Shown here: one piece after another, positions 63,268 through 64,000 of the stretch | Position numbering within the stretch: position 1 is the stretch's first letter | How the letters are laid out: each line of letters begins with the position of its first letter | Source of the DNA: an uncultured delta proteobacterium | GTDB taxonomy: Bacteria > Desulfobacterota > Syntrophia > Syntrophales > Smithellaceae | Direction: 5' to 3' | DNA: 64,000 nucleotides | Assembly (NCBI GenBank): GCA_963753975.1 | Contig: CAVWEH010000005.1 | Location: 731,734-795,733, forward strand | The notes under the pieces: generated by a model | Seen by the model: the letters and a program-made list of their open reading frames with translations, nothing else | What the model was told of the DNA's origin: nothing | The model's database searches: none | Made by a program: the position numbers and the translations under genes

Positions 63268-63924
63268 TCATAAGGCATACTGCAAGACAATTATTTCCGG
63301 CTCCTGGGGAAGGGTCTCCTTTTTAATCACGAAGCTGGCTTCTTTGAGAACGTGAACATTGGCTTGATTTTTCGTGAAATCTTCCACCGGTGTAATAGGG
63401 AAGTTGCACTTCTGTGTTTTGTAATGCATGGGCACAGTGACATGGGGTTTAATATCATTCATAATCTTTTGCGCCATGGCGGCATCGATCGTAAAAAATC
63501 CGCCGACAGGCAATAATAATATATCAATTTCACCTATTTTTTTGAGCAGTTCCGGGTCGAGAGCGTGCCCAATGTCGCCCATATGAACTAAACTCAAACC
63601 GTCGACTGTAATTACAAATATCAAATTACTGCCTCCCTTTTTTCCGCCTAAAGAATCATGAAAACAGGGTATGGCTTTAATTTTAACATCTTTGATTTCA
63701 TGGTCGCCAGCCTTGCTGATATGTTTATATTTCCCTTTTATGTCTTTTATATAATTATGATCCGCATGATCGTGGCTTGTTAACACAATATCGGCTTCAT
63801 CTTCGATTTTCCCATAGGACAAAGCGCCGCTAAACGATCCCGATTCATAGGGATCGATAATAATTCTTATCCCTTTTTCGGTAATTATCTGAAATGCCGC
63901 ATGTCCGTACCATTTTATCTTCAT
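63268..63924 (-). CDS. Metallo-beta-lactamase fold hydrolase
   Basis: WYGHA, SHDHADH, HMGD, PMHYK. Confidence 0.9.
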   Translation of the reverse strand: MKIKWYGHAAFQIITEKGIRIIIDPYESGSFSGALSYGKIEDEADIVLTSHDHADHNYIKDIKGKYKHISKAGDHEIKDVKIKAIPCFHDSLGGKKGGSNLIFVITVDGLSLVHMGDIGHALDPELLKKIGEIDILLLPVGGFFTIDAAMAQKIMNDIKPHVTVPMHYKTQKCNFPITPVEDFTKNQANVHVLKEASFVIKKETLPQEPEIIVLQYAL

Positions 63925-64000
63925 AATATGCTGCCCTCCGATTTTTTAGTACAAAAGATTGCCTAAATTTATTTATCTTTTTTATTTTTAATTGTTCTCC

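Overview
A 64 kb chromosomal segment from an anaerobic deltaproteobacterium-like organism. Gene content suggests a fatty-acid syntroph such as Smithella/Syntrophus; this is inferred, not proven. Contents in order: the end of a HydB/NuoF-type NADH-Fe-S module; cstA; small redox/stress genes; a propionyl/acetyl-CoA synthetase; a duplicated beta-barrel-OmpA locus; a complete B12 acyl-CoA mutase operon with isobutyryl-CoA-mutase-type specificity residues; nikR plus an ECF Ni/Co transporter; MoxR/VWA; a group-1b-like membrane-bound [NiFe]-hydrogenase with a full hyp set; and a ~15 kb minus-strand cluster with four 4-hydroxybutyryl-CoA dehydratase (AbfD) family paralogs plus an Old-Yellow-Enzyme reductase, SDRs, enoyl-CoA hydratase, alpha/beta hydrolase and TetR. 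The AbfD cluster is the best candidate for an undescribed pathway. Many genes in 1-45 kb carry single-base frameshifts that look like assembly errors. Intergenic DNA holds a modular structured repeat family (3-4 loci), a MITE-like hairpin, three homologous promoters, gene relics and possible decayed integron cassettes. No rRNA, tRNA, CRISPR array or intact transposase was seen. All family assignments come from motif recognition; no database searches were run.
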